From positions 186,094,638 to 186,158,637 of the forward strand of contig NC_092374.1 of assembly GCF_030028105.1 (NCBI RefSeq): a stretch of 64,000 bases of DNA. The letters run 5' to 3'. The notes beneath the pieces are model-generated. The model ran no database searches, was not told where the DNA came from, and saw only the letters and a program-made list of their open reading frames with translations. Each line of letters opens with the position of its first letter. The stretch's first letter is position 1. Positions 38,001 to 48,759 of the stretch are shown here, piece after piece. The position numbers and the translations under genes were made by a program. This stretch comes from Mobula birostris (Eukaryota).

Positions 38001-38700
38001 TCCTGCATCCACAGAATCGCCTGTCTGACCCCCTAAGTATGGAGTTCCCTATCAATACTGCCAGCCTCTTCCTTTCCCTACCCTTCTGAGCCACAGGGCA
38101 GACTCTGTGCCAGAGGCATGACCACTGTTGCTTCCCGCAGGTGGGCCATCTCCCCCAACAGTACTCAAACAGGAGTACTTATTGTTAAGGGAGACAGCCA
38201 CTGGGGTACTCTCTAGCATCCGCCTCTTGCCCTTCCCTCTCCTGACTGTTATCCACTTGTCTGTCTCCCGTGGCCCCGGTGTGACCACCTGCTTATATCT
38301 CCTCTCTGTCACATCCTCACTCTCCCTGACCAGATGAAGGTCATTGAGCTGCACGTCTAGTTCCCTAATGCAGTCCCAAAGGAGCTGTCGCTCGATGCAC
38401 TTGCGCAGGTATGGCTGTCCGGGAGGCTGGGAGTCTCCAGGACCTCCCACATCTGACACCGAGCACAGAAAACCAGCCTCACACACATACTTTCTGTCTG
38501 TATTCTACGCAGATAACCTACATCACCTTGACCCATTATCGCCGAAGCCCTGTTGAGCCAAAGCCTTCCTACTCTGTCGCCCGCTTCTCCGGCGCCCGCT
38601 GTATAAATCTATCTTCTTTTTAAACTCATCTCGCTGTTCTCACTGACGTCCACGCGCTTGCGCAGTCGTGCCCCGTTCAAAAGGCTGAAGACATTTTTTT
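35050..38700 (-). mobile_element. Long CR1 LINE (ORF1 zf/esterase and ORF2) with deletions and frameshifts
   Basis: Minus ORFs 38052, 37558, 37218, 36420, 35812 and 35433 carry VISGLLPVPC, GGFNFP, KSPGSDG, GRSCLT, GVPQGS and FADD. Confidence 0.92.
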
Positions 38701-39605
38701 TCTCCTGATTCAGTGGACAATGAGCTAAGAGTAGTGGTTAGAAATTGAAATAATGTATTGTCATCTACCATAATCCTTGTACCGTTCTATTTTGCTGATG
38801 AGTAACCACTTTCTGTGGATAGTCATAGTCATACTTTATTGATCCCAGGGGAAATTGGTTTTCATTACGGTTGCACCATGGTAGCCATGGTAACAGTTGG
38901 TAACGTTTTTTTTCCCTAAAAATAACCACACTAACCCATGATATGTGTTCCTTTTAATTTGTTATTTATTTATGAGATACAGTACGGAATATGCCCTTCG
39001 AGCCGTGCCACCCAGCAATCCCTCGATTTAGTTCTCGCCTCATCATGGGACAATTTGCAACGATCAATTGACCTCCCAGCCAGTATGCCTTTGGACTGTG
39101 GGAGGAAACCCTTGCAGTCAAGGGGAGAATGTACAAACTCCTTACTGGCTGCAGTGGGAATTGAACCTGGGACGCTGGTACTGTAAAGCGTTGTGCTAAC
39201 CACTACACTACGTGTGGTCCCATGGTAACGTAGCTCTTCTACGACTTGCATCTTAATCCCTGGTCAGGTGACCTGCTGAGGAGCCGGGGTTAGCAACGTG
39301 TCTTCTGGGCCTGGGGAAAGAATATCCGTCACGCCTCAAGTTTTGCATCTTCTGTCAGTTTGGAATGTTGCTCAGAGTTGTTCATTCTTGGCTGGAACAG
39401 CAAGTTGCTGTCTAGTAAGTGCTCCTGAGAGGGCATGTAGAGCATGTTGGTACAGGCGTGAAGTCACAGGCTGGTGAAACGGGTCAGGGGCTGGCGCTTT
39501 CCCATCCCTGCAGGAGATGAAGGGAACCGTAGGCTTGTTGCAATTCATAGCAAATCCCTTTGTTGTCTCTGTGTAACATTGTTCAAAGTTATTTTTTAAT
39601 TGCAG

Positions 39606-39707
39606 GTTTTCATCAAGAGGACGTTGCAATAATTGTTCTGTCGGTGATCTCTTCGGTGCTTTCTATTTTGCAGTGCTCGCAGTGCTTGCTGCTGAAGACA
39701 GACAGAG
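39606..39707 (+). CDS. Ig-5TM receptor exon 4: TM1 (GFHQEDVAIIVLSVISSVLSILQCSQCLLLKTDR)
   Basis: Acceptor ttattttttaattgcag, donor AGAG|GTATTT, 102 nt, phase 1-1, open frame. Confidence 0.75.
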
Positions 39708-41131
39708 GTATTTATCACTGTGTCCCAAATGAATGAAAGGAATCCTGGTTATTTTCTTGACTTAATTTTTGTTCTTTAAGAATTGTCTCAAATATGTGGC
39801 TGCCCTGATTAACCGATGGCCCAGTTAACTGGAATCCACTGCACGTACTGTAGAGCTCACCATATACTAAGTGGAGTTTCATTTTCTTGCAAGCTTTTAC
39901 AGGAATGTAAAGAAATACATTTGAATTTATGAAAACCTTTACATAAAGACTGACGAACAGCCAATGTGCAAAAGAAAACAAATTGTGCAAATAATTTAAA
40001 TAAATAATATTGAGAACATGAGTGGTAGAGTCCTTAAAAGTGAGTCTGTAGGTTGTGGGATCAGTTTAGAGTTGAGATGAGTGAGTGAGGGGGCTAAGCA
40101 CACAAACTGTGCTGATGGTAATTGTGGAGGAGATGTCTTTGCCAATCTGAACTGACTGGGATCTGCAAGTGAGGAAATCAAGGAGGGATTGATTACAATT
40201 GTTGACTTACACAGGGAGGTATTGGGGCATTCAAATTTCAGGGCTGGAATTTGAAGGGTCACACACAGCCCTCTCTCTCTCCTCCTCTCCCCCTCCCTAG
40301 TGCACAGCCCTCGCACACTCAGCTCCCTCCCTCCCTCTCTGATACACATAAGCTCTTCAAATCCCAGTTGAGCACCACTTCCTGGAGAGTAACGGAGGGT
40401 CCCGATAGATGCTGGACCAACCAGCAAAACCCCAATGAATTAAAAGCACCAGGGGAAGGAGAGGTGTCCCTCGGACCACATGCTGGAAGATCCCTCAAAA
40501 CTGGTTCATCAGTTGCCAGTGGGCTCCCTGGACAAACACCACTTGTTCACTGCTTAGTGTCTCTGCATTCAGGCATTTTGGCCTGCAGCCCCATTTGGGG
40601 TACAGATTCCACCCTGGACTAGAACACTGTCTAGTGCCCGAGAGCATCCAGGTACAGTGATGACCCAGTCCTTGGCCTCGCAGCAGAGTTCAGGGTGAAA
40701 CTGCAACTTCTGGGCTGCTGTAGGTTAATGCTACCCCAGCTCCCATAATCATTGGGATGATGCACACATGATTCACATTGTATTCTTTCCTCCTCCACTG
40801 GGCTCACACACAGGGAGACTGCATTCTATCTGTCTTTTCCGTATTCAGCCCATGGATAGTCAGATGGCATAGTAGGAGATGAGCTGTTTTCTGGTGCTTT
40901 TTGCTCCTCTCTGCTGTCTCCTCTTTGCTGCCAGTGTCCGTCAGCTCTGAGACTCCTCCAGTGCTCTGGTGGCTACTCCACCCCCGGGCTGGTATTTGAG
41001 TTGAGTGCCACCAGCAGCCTGACTGGTCCCGAGTCCCAGCTCCGTTACCGCGAGCTCGCTCTCTGATTCCTGTGTCCAACCATTTATGTAGGTCTCACAT
41101 TTGGACTGTTCTGGATTTTTCTTGATTGCAG

Positions 41132-41245
41132 CTGTGAGGCGGGTCAAATGCTTGAGGCAGTTCCTGGGTATCTGTACCTTCATGACCTACGTCACGACCG
41201 TCATGACCTGTGTCGCGACCCTCATCAAACTTATCCCCACGAAAG
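41132..41245 (+). CDS. Ig-5TM receptor exon 5: basic loop + TM2 (AVRRVKCLRQFLGICTFMTYVTTVMTCVATLIKLIPTK)
   Basis: Acceptor gatttttcttgattgcag, donor AAAG|GTACGT, 114 nt, phase 1-1. Confidence 0.8.
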
Positions 41246-41464
41246 GTACGTGTGTGATGTTCTGCATGTGGATTGTTCTGATCAGTGTGGGATTCAGCAC
41301 ACCCTCCACCTTCACATCCAGCACTCAAGGACAGGCAGGGTGGGTATCTGGACTCCAGAAGGCATGTGAAGGAACTGGTAAATTAAAGGCATAATTATAA
41401 AGCTGGGAAAACAGTTGTTGGTTCAGTGTGTAGGGGTAACCTGCAGGGGCTGAAGTTGGCAGGA

Positions 41465-42000
41465 TTTGGGTCATGGTGCTGTACAGGAATGTGTGGTGGG
41501 CCTTTTGGAGGAAGGAGGTGGAATCTTTCACGAGGTGATTTCCCAGGATGCTGCCTGGACTAGAGCTTGTCTCCTAGGACAGGTTGAGCGAGCTAGGACC
41601 TTCTCATCAGTGGAAAGGGGGATGAGAGGTGACTTGAGAGAATTATACAAGGTAAGAAGCGTAGATCGAGTAAATAGCCAGAGACTTCTTCCCCAGAGCT
41701 GAAACAAGGAGGCACAATTTTAAGATAGGTATAGAAGAGATGTTAGAGGCAGTTTTTGTTTTAATACACAGAGATTGGTGGGTGTGTGGAATACCCTGCC
41801 AGGGGTGGTGAAAGAGGTAGATACATTAGGGGCATATGATAACTCTTGGGCACTTGGAGGAGAGAGAAAATGCAAAGCTATGTAGGATGAGAGGAAAATG
41901 GAAAGTGACGAAGGAGGGATGGGTTCGATTGATCTTAGACTAGGTTAAGAGGTCGACACAACACCATGTGACAAGGGCTCTACTGTTCTGTGGAGTGCTA
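41465..42000 (+). mobile_element. Decayed CR1 3' end
   Basis: FSSVERGMRGDLRELYK remnant and CR1 tail. Confidence 0.65.
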
Positions 42001-42444
42001 TGCAACTGGTCCTTGGATTGACTGGGCTGATGATGTGAAATGCGACTTTACCAAGTTGGTCAAGTTTGATCGGAGAGGTGACATTGTGAACTAACTGGCA
42101 GAATGAATCACCAGAGATGAATAGATTATGCAAACAGGCAGAACTTCAACAAATGGATTTCATTGTAGTTACCGGTCAGTAAATATGTGTCATGTGCCCC
42201 AGATTTTGAAAAAGGACAGGACAAGAGTGGATACTAAAGAAGAAACTGTGGAGACTTGAGCTGCAGATACTGGAATCTGGAACCGCAAATAACCTGCTGC
42301 AGGATCTCAGTGCATCAGTCAGCATCTGTGGGAGGCGGAAGGACTCTGGACATTTCCTGGGTGAAACCCTACATCAGTAACTTGCACTCCAAAAACAGAT
42401 AGAAATGGGCTCTTTGAACTGAATCCTTACCATTTATTGAGCAT

Positions 42445-43110
42445 CCGCTTGCCTTCTATATATGGGCAAGACCCAACGCAGACTGGGAGACCGCTTTGCT
42501 GAACACTTACGCTCTGTCCGCCAGAGAAAGCAGGATCTCCCAGTGGCCACACATTTTAATTCCACATCCCATTCCCATTCTGACATGTCTATCCACGGCC
42601 TCCTCTACTGTAAAGATAAAGCCACACTCAGGTTGGAGGAACAACACCTTATATTCTGTCTGGGTAGCCTCCAACCCGATGGCATGAACATTGACTTCTC
42701 TAACTTCCGCTAATGCCCCACCTCCACCTCGTACCCCATCCGTTATTTATTTTTATACACACATTTTTTCTCTCACTCTCCTTTTTCTCCCTCTGTCCCT
42801 CTGACCATACCCCTTGCCCATCCTCTGGGTTCCCCCCCGCCTTGTCTTTCTCCCCGGGCCTCCTGTCCCATGATCCTCTCATATCCCCTTTGCCAATCAC
42901 CTGTCCAGCTCTTGGCTCCATCCCTCCCCCTCCTGTCTTCTCCTATCATTTCGGATCTCCCCCTCCCCCTCCCCCTCCCACTTTCAAATCTCTTACTAAC
43001 TCTACCTTCAGTTAGTCCTGACCAAGGGACTGGGCCTGAAACGTCGACTGTACCTCTTCCTAGAGATGCTGCCTGGCCTGCTGCATTACCAGCAACTTTG
43101 ATGTGTGTTG
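42445..43110 (+). mobile_element. Penelope-like element 3' end with hammerhead-like motif (43013-43050)
   Basis: YMGKTQRRLGDRFAEH...GSLQPDGMNIDFSNFR*, near-identical to 3732-3962. Confidence 0.9.
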
Positions 43111-44262
43111 GTTGGGGCATCTGGGACCAGGAGACCTGGGGCTAGGGTCAATTGCATAGTACTGTTCTGTTTGTTTTAATATTAGGAATCGCTTTTCCCC
43201 AGAGTGAAAAGAAGTAATATTCTGTCTGGAAATTCAATGGGGCACGAGGGGCATCAGTCACTTTTGCTTGGCCGGTGATGTCATTCCCTGTATGACAATT
43301 TCCGGTAGGGGAACTGCAAGTTAATTGGACCATGCTGTCCTGGGAGTTCCCGCACTGGGCGGTCCCAGGGCCATTCTCTTTCATCACTGCAGCTCCAAAC
43401 TCTAGGATGCCTTCCAGATGTTAGTCACTGAACTTCATCCACCAGGTCTTCAGAGTGTCCTGACTTTTCTTCACCCACACCTCTGCACACCTGCTTGAAT
43501 TGTTCACGTAAACATGTTTGCAACATTCAAGGTCAGGCGGCGTCTCTGTAGTGAGAGGTGGACAGTGAAATGCTGTCTACCCCCCCCCCACACTGTTTGC
43601 AACGACGTACCTCTTTGCACCAGTGGTGAACCCAGTGATGATTCTCCCATCATCTGAGTCGGTCTGGAGAGCCGGTGGTTCAGGTCTGTCACTGTCAGGT
43701 GGAGTGAGGTTAGAAATCTGTGTTTCCTTTTGCAGAGATGGGTGAAGGGCTGAGCTGAAGAAAGTGAACTGTGTGGAGGGGCGGAGACCAGGAGAGCCTT
43801 TCGAGTGTCTCACCCTGGTCTGGTCTACCCACAGCTGGTGAGAGGGCAGTTCAGGGGAACAAATGCTAAGGGGTGTAACAAAAAGGAATGAAGAGAAATA
43901 AAAGAAAGAATGGCACTTCTGAACAATCTATCAATTCTATAGATAAGATGAAGAAAATTCCTTAGTGATAATTTAGTCAATAGGCTACATAATTAAAACA
44001 ATTACATCACATGGGCAATGCTTGTTAAAAAGTACAAATTTTATAAAAAGTATTATTTTTAAAAAAGTGGTTTCCAACAAGAGGTTTCACCCTCAGGTGA
44101 AGCAGGTGAAAAGCAGATCCAGCATTGCCCCCTCTACAGGAACAGTATATAAAGCACAGTTCTGGGGAAGTTACAGAATGGAAATCCTGCGTCTCGTTGT
44201 TTAATTTCCTGTTTATTACTGAGTGAACCGCTGACCATTGCTGTGGGGTCTTTGCTCCCCAG

Positions 44263-44370
44263 GTTCGGACCCTGTCGTAGTAGCGGTTTATTGCACAGTG
44301 TCCCTTCAGCTTCTGACTTCGGGTCTGCTGCTCGTTGTCCACTGGCTAGACAGTCTCAAAGAGAGGGCAG
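44263..44370 (+). CDS. Ig-5TM receptor exon 6: TM3 (GSDPVVVAVYCTVSLQLLTSGLLLVVHWLDSLKERA)
   Basis: Acceptor gtctttgctccccag, donor GCAG|GTAAGA, 108 nt, phase 1-1. Confidence 0.82.
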
Positions 44371-44573
44371 GTAAGAGACTGGATCATTCAATGTACAACC
44401 TCTCAGTGAAGGAAAGGAATGGAGGGATATGGGCTGGATGCAGGTCGGTGGGACTAAGTGAGAGTAAGAGTTCGGCATGGACTAGAAGGGCCGAGGTGGC
44501 CTGTTTCCGTGCTGTAATTGTTATATGGTTATATGGTTAATGCACTGTAATTGTCACACTTTGTATTTGACAG

Positions 44574-44660
44574 CTATTTTGGAAAGGACCGTAGCTGGAC
44601 TTCATGTCATCGTGATCATCACTTCAGTCGTTTTTTTAGAATTATTAAGTCATCCAGACT
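44574..44660 (+). CDS. Ig-5TM receptor exon 7: TM4 (AILERTVAGLHVIVIITSVVFLELLSHPD)
   Basis: Acceptor cacactttgtatttgacag, donor ACT|GTGAGT, 87 nt, phase 1-1. Confidence 0.8.
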
Positions 44661-45399
44661 GTGAGTTTGCCTAGAGCTCTTCATCATTGTTTATGGCAAT
44701 GCATGGTTTTGATCATTTTCTATGTTACACACACACACACACAGTTGGTTTATTGATCACTGCAGAGTGGCTCTCTGCTGCTTCCTGCTCCCTCCCTTCT
44801 CCTTTCCCCAACCACATTGTCCCTCTCCCTGACCCCTTCCCACTCTCAGTCCACAATAGAGACCCATATCAGAATCAGGTTTTTCATCACTCACATATGG
44901 CATGAAATCTGTTTAACTTTTTGTTTCCAGCAGCAATACATAAACTTACTACTGTACTGTCTCAAAGTGTTAGGCACCCAAGCAAGACTGTACTTAGGAG
45001 ACAGAAGGGATGAACTTGGAAAAGTTAATAATTATGAAAGGCAGAGATGAGCTGGACAGTCTTTTCCCCAGGGTCGGGAAGTTGAAAACACGAGGGCATA
45101 GATTTAGGTTGAGAGGGGAAAGATCTGAAACAGACCTGAAGGACAGTTTCTTTTAAAACAGAGTGTGATCAGGGTATGGAACAATTTAACAGAGGAACAG
45201 GTTGAGACAGGTACAATACCAGAAGCTCTGGAAAGTGTTTAACACATGGACAGGTACATGGAGGGACGGGCCATGCACCATCCTGTCTTTGCCATTGCTC
45301 TGTGAGTTTGCTGTGGAAGGTGCATTGGATGTTTACTGTACTGTGGATGTGGGCACTTGGTGTCAGTTTACTCAGTTTCATCATGTTGCACATTTTCAG

Positions 45400-45498
45400 A
45401 TCAAGGCTGTGAAAGCAGCTTTATTGTCTGGATGGTATTCTTTGGAGCAGTGATCGTGGGTGCTGTGGTCTTTCTCTTCAACTTCGTGGTCCAACGCC
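45400..45498 (+). CDS. Ig-5TM receptor exon 8: extracellular Cys loop + TM5 (YQGCESSFIVWMVFFGAVIVGAVVFLFNFVVQR)
   Basis: Acceptor ttgcacattttcag, donor GCC|GTAAGT, 99 nt, phase 1-1, strongly hydrophobic. Confidence 0.85.
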
Positions 45499-46865
45499 GT
45501 AAGTAAATACCAAACCATTCAGCAGCTGCTGTATCGCTTCCCAGAGTAAAGACCTTCCCCCGATCTCACAGCCGCTTCAGCTCCTACGAGGGTTTCCCGG
45601 GCTCTGCTTGAGTTCCCTCACGGAGCTGCTGGCCGTGCAGGTGGGGTTTTGGACTCCTGCTGGGACGTAGAAGTGAACAACCTCCCAGCTGAACTCCAGT
45701 GATACCCCACTGGGCTCCGTGGAGACTGATGGAGAGGTCTGACAGAGCGCAGAATAGGCCCCTCGAGCCGTGCCGTCCAGCAAACCTCAATTTAATCCGA
45801 GCTTAATCACAGGACAGTTTGCAGTGGTACGTCTCTGGACTGTGGGAGGAAACCCACACGGCCATGGCGAGAGCGTACAAACTCCTTACAGGCAGTGGCG
45901 GGAATTGGACCCAGGTTGCTGGTACAGTAAAGCATTGTGCTGACCACTACATTACCGCAAAATCTGTAAAGGTTCGATTTCTTAGATGGAATCAAAGATG
46001 CAAATGAAGGCATCAACACTGAAGAAACAGCACCAGATATTTTGTTAAAATAGATTCCTACTGTTTGTCAAAATTTCATTTTATGTGTTTAGAAATTGAT
46101 TAATTTACACCTAAAAATTAATACATTGTGTGTTCATAATGCTGCTCTCTCTTGGACACTGATTCACCCAGCCCAGAGAATCTGGGGTACATACTGTGAC
46201 CTCACTGTAGCACAGGGGGGCTCACCGGATCCAGAACCCATGTCTTACAGAAATTGCCCCATTACTTAAGAAAGAATCTTTTTCAGGTTTGCAATAATGA
46301 AATGTTTACAGTAGTACAAGATACATTGTGTGTTCTGAGTTAATTATGGTTGTGTTAGAGTAAATGTTGGAAATTATCATTAAAATGAAAGGACAAGTTG
46401 TTAAGGTTTATGTTGAGAATTCAGGAGAATTGTTTTGAGAGGGAAAATAGGTCAGCCATGATGGAATAGTGGAGCAGACTCGATGGGCCAAATGGTCTAG
46501 TTCTGATGTGTAGGCAGGGCGATGTGATATGGGTAGCTACAGGAAAGAGATGTTCCTGCTTTACATAAAGATTAGTTTACAAACAGCTCTTGGGAACTGA
46601 GGTCTTGTGTAACACCGCGTCTATCTGTATACAGTTTCTCTTGAAGTTATAGAACTACCTTGTCTATTCACATTCCCCAGTTAACTTGTAGAGATTGCCT
46701 GTTATTGAAATATTCTCTGTGAGTTGGTACCTGGATTCCTCAGTCTGCCGCAGTCTCTGTAGGCATGTCCTTCTCCGCGTGTCACCCTTCCCCTTGGCGT
46801 GATGCTTCTGTTGATTGACTGGGATTCACCTACTTCCTGTAACAAATGCACTTTTGTCATTTTAG

Positions 46866-46996
46866 TATCCTGCAGAAAGGAAAATTCTGAAATGGACCCA
46901 CCAGATCCCACAGCTTCTGATGAACTTCTGATGTCTGATTTAAAAAGCATACAGCAATCTTCATTTTCAGACAACATTCCCAGTTCGAAGCCTTAA
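46866..46996 (+). CDS. Ig-5TM receptor probable last coding exon: cytoplasmic tail (LSCRKENSEMDPPDPTASDELLMSDLKSIQQSSFSDNIPSSKP*)
   Basis: Acceptor cttttgtcattttag, phase 1; gives QRLSCRK (basic residues) right after TM5. Choice of tail exon is less certain than the upstream exons. Confidence 0.6.
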
Positions 46997-47219
46997 CAGT
47001 CTGAACTCAGTCTTGATGACACCTTGGTTTCCCAGCCAAATGCTGAGTCACAGGAATGTTGCGTACTGGAGAACGAAGAGAAGAGCTGTACAGATGAAAA
47101 CGAAAGCCTGGATAGGAACAACATGGAGTCATAGAAAACTACAACATATTTCGTCCGTGCTGAACCATTTCAGTTGCCTAGTCCATCGACCTGCACCCCA
47201 AACATCCAAAGGTTCATAG

Positions 47220-48020
47220 TGTCATGAACCCCGTGACGGGAATAAAGAACCAGCAGAGATGGAAAACACTTTGGAGTCCAGTATTGCTATAAACTAATAA
47301 TATTTATTAGTAACTACGCAATACAGTAATATAAATGTAGATGAATCAAACCGGTTAGCAATGATTCAGTATATAAGTAAGTATATCAGTCAGTGTGGAA
47401 ATATATGCACGAAAAACTAAGCTTCTTTAAGGCTAGTCGTAAAAAGATACAATCTTACGATGTTGAGTAAGGTTCAGTTCAGTTCAGTTCGTGGTATTTA
47501 GTTGAGTAGTGATGGAGAGAGAGAGGGAGAGATTTGAGTCTTCAGGTGAGCTGATGCCGTCGATCTTCTCGTCGTCCTCCGAAATCCTTTACAAGTCACC
47601 GACTGTGACTTTAACTAGGGGGACCAGTTTTCTGTGGTGGAGCTATCACCCCAGCAAGGGTGGACACATAGACAACTCCCCACCAGTCAACCCTTTCTCC
47701 TCCACTGCAAGAGCGATTGGATCGATCCTCCAAAACCCACTTTCTCTGCGGGCACGACAATGCTCATTCAGTGTCCAGATCATGTGTCCTGAGGTCTGTA
47801 ATCATCTGACCTCCCATTTATCTCACCGTGCTGAGCATCAACTGTCATTCACAGAGTCCCACCTTCCTTTGTCTGTGAAGAAATGCAAGCAAGCAGAGCT
47901 GTCCTTAAACATCAATAATGTGCTGTCAGTCACCATAGCAACCTTGGAGCTGCTTGGTGCTATCTCCAAAGTAGAAGTTACCTCCAGTGCCCTAAAGTGA
48001 CAGTCCAACCGTTATCTTCA

Positions 48021-48067
<47 letters not shown>

Positions 48068-48148
48068 AAAACAAACCATCGGTGATATATAACTCTCTCT
48101 CTCTCTCTCTTCAAACATTTAATAGGGGCACTCCAGGATCCCCTCACA
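47220..48148 (+). mobile_element. Solo LTR (Gypsy-type), 929 bp
   Basis: TG...CA termini with 4-bp TSD atag (47216-47219 and 48149-48152); contains CT microsatellites at about 48025-48110. Confidence 0.85.
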
Positions 48149-48368
48149 ATAGGTTCATTTATTGTCAAAGCATACAACTGGAAATTGCTCTCGGGGTAGA
48201 ACCCGGTTGACAGTGACCGAGCAGCCTCATTAGCAATCTCGTTAGAGGTTTCTCAACCCAGAATGGCAGAGCTTGCACTGTGATGTCAGCCTGTTTCTCC
48301 TGAATCACCTCTTGCAACAAGAGCAAGGATAGAAATTGTATCATTCCAGTTGAAGGTGAAATCCATGT

Positions 48369-48580
48369 AACACACATCAAAGTTGCTGGTGAACGCAGCA
48401 GGCCAGGCAGGATCTATAGGAAGAGGTACAGTCAATGTTTCGGGCCGAGATGAATGGTCTTGGCCCGAAACATCGACTGTACCTCTTCCTATAGATCCTG
48501 CCTGGCCTGCTGCGTTCACCAGCAACTTTGATGTGTGTTGCTTGAATTTCCAGCATCTGCAGAATTCCTCGTGTTTGCAT
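48369..48580. mobile_element. Palindromic Penelope-like tail insertion
   Basis: 82-bp inverted arms 48369-48450 and 48458-48539 with 2 mismatches and a 7-nt spacer; 13-bp direct repeat gtgaaatccatgt at 48356-48368 and 48581-48593. Confidence 0.9.
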
Positions 48581-48759
48581 GTGAAATCCATGTGTTCATC
48601 TCAATTTATCTCAGAATTGAGAATATGTGCAGCAAAAAAAAACAAGCACAGGTTTAATGTGCTAGATTATATTTGAGCGTGATCATGTCACTTAGTAAGA
48701 AAATGTTTTTTTAAAGTCTTGTATAAAATTGTGCCTTAGGCTATATGTTTATTCACATT

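Noticed and set aside
40935-40990. Possible phase 1-1 exon VSVSSETPPVLWWLLHPRA
   Set aside because: It is not a plausible TM or loop, the donor is weak, and it is not needed for the frame.
43736-43830. Strong-looking acceptor (tttccttttgcag) with a downstream GTGAG as an extra exon
   Set aside because: Stop codons occur within about 25 nt in all three frames.
12548-46996. Naming the gene CD47, HEPACAM, CD2 or CEACAM
   Set aside because: CD47 has a single Cys-containing IgV and the other families are single-pass or GPI-anchored. I do not recognise orthology from sequence alone, so no symbol is given.
48165-48380. 71-aa minus-strand ORF with a hydrophobic stretch
   Set aside because: It starts inside the palindromic insertion, has no recognisable domain and lacks supporting splice sites.
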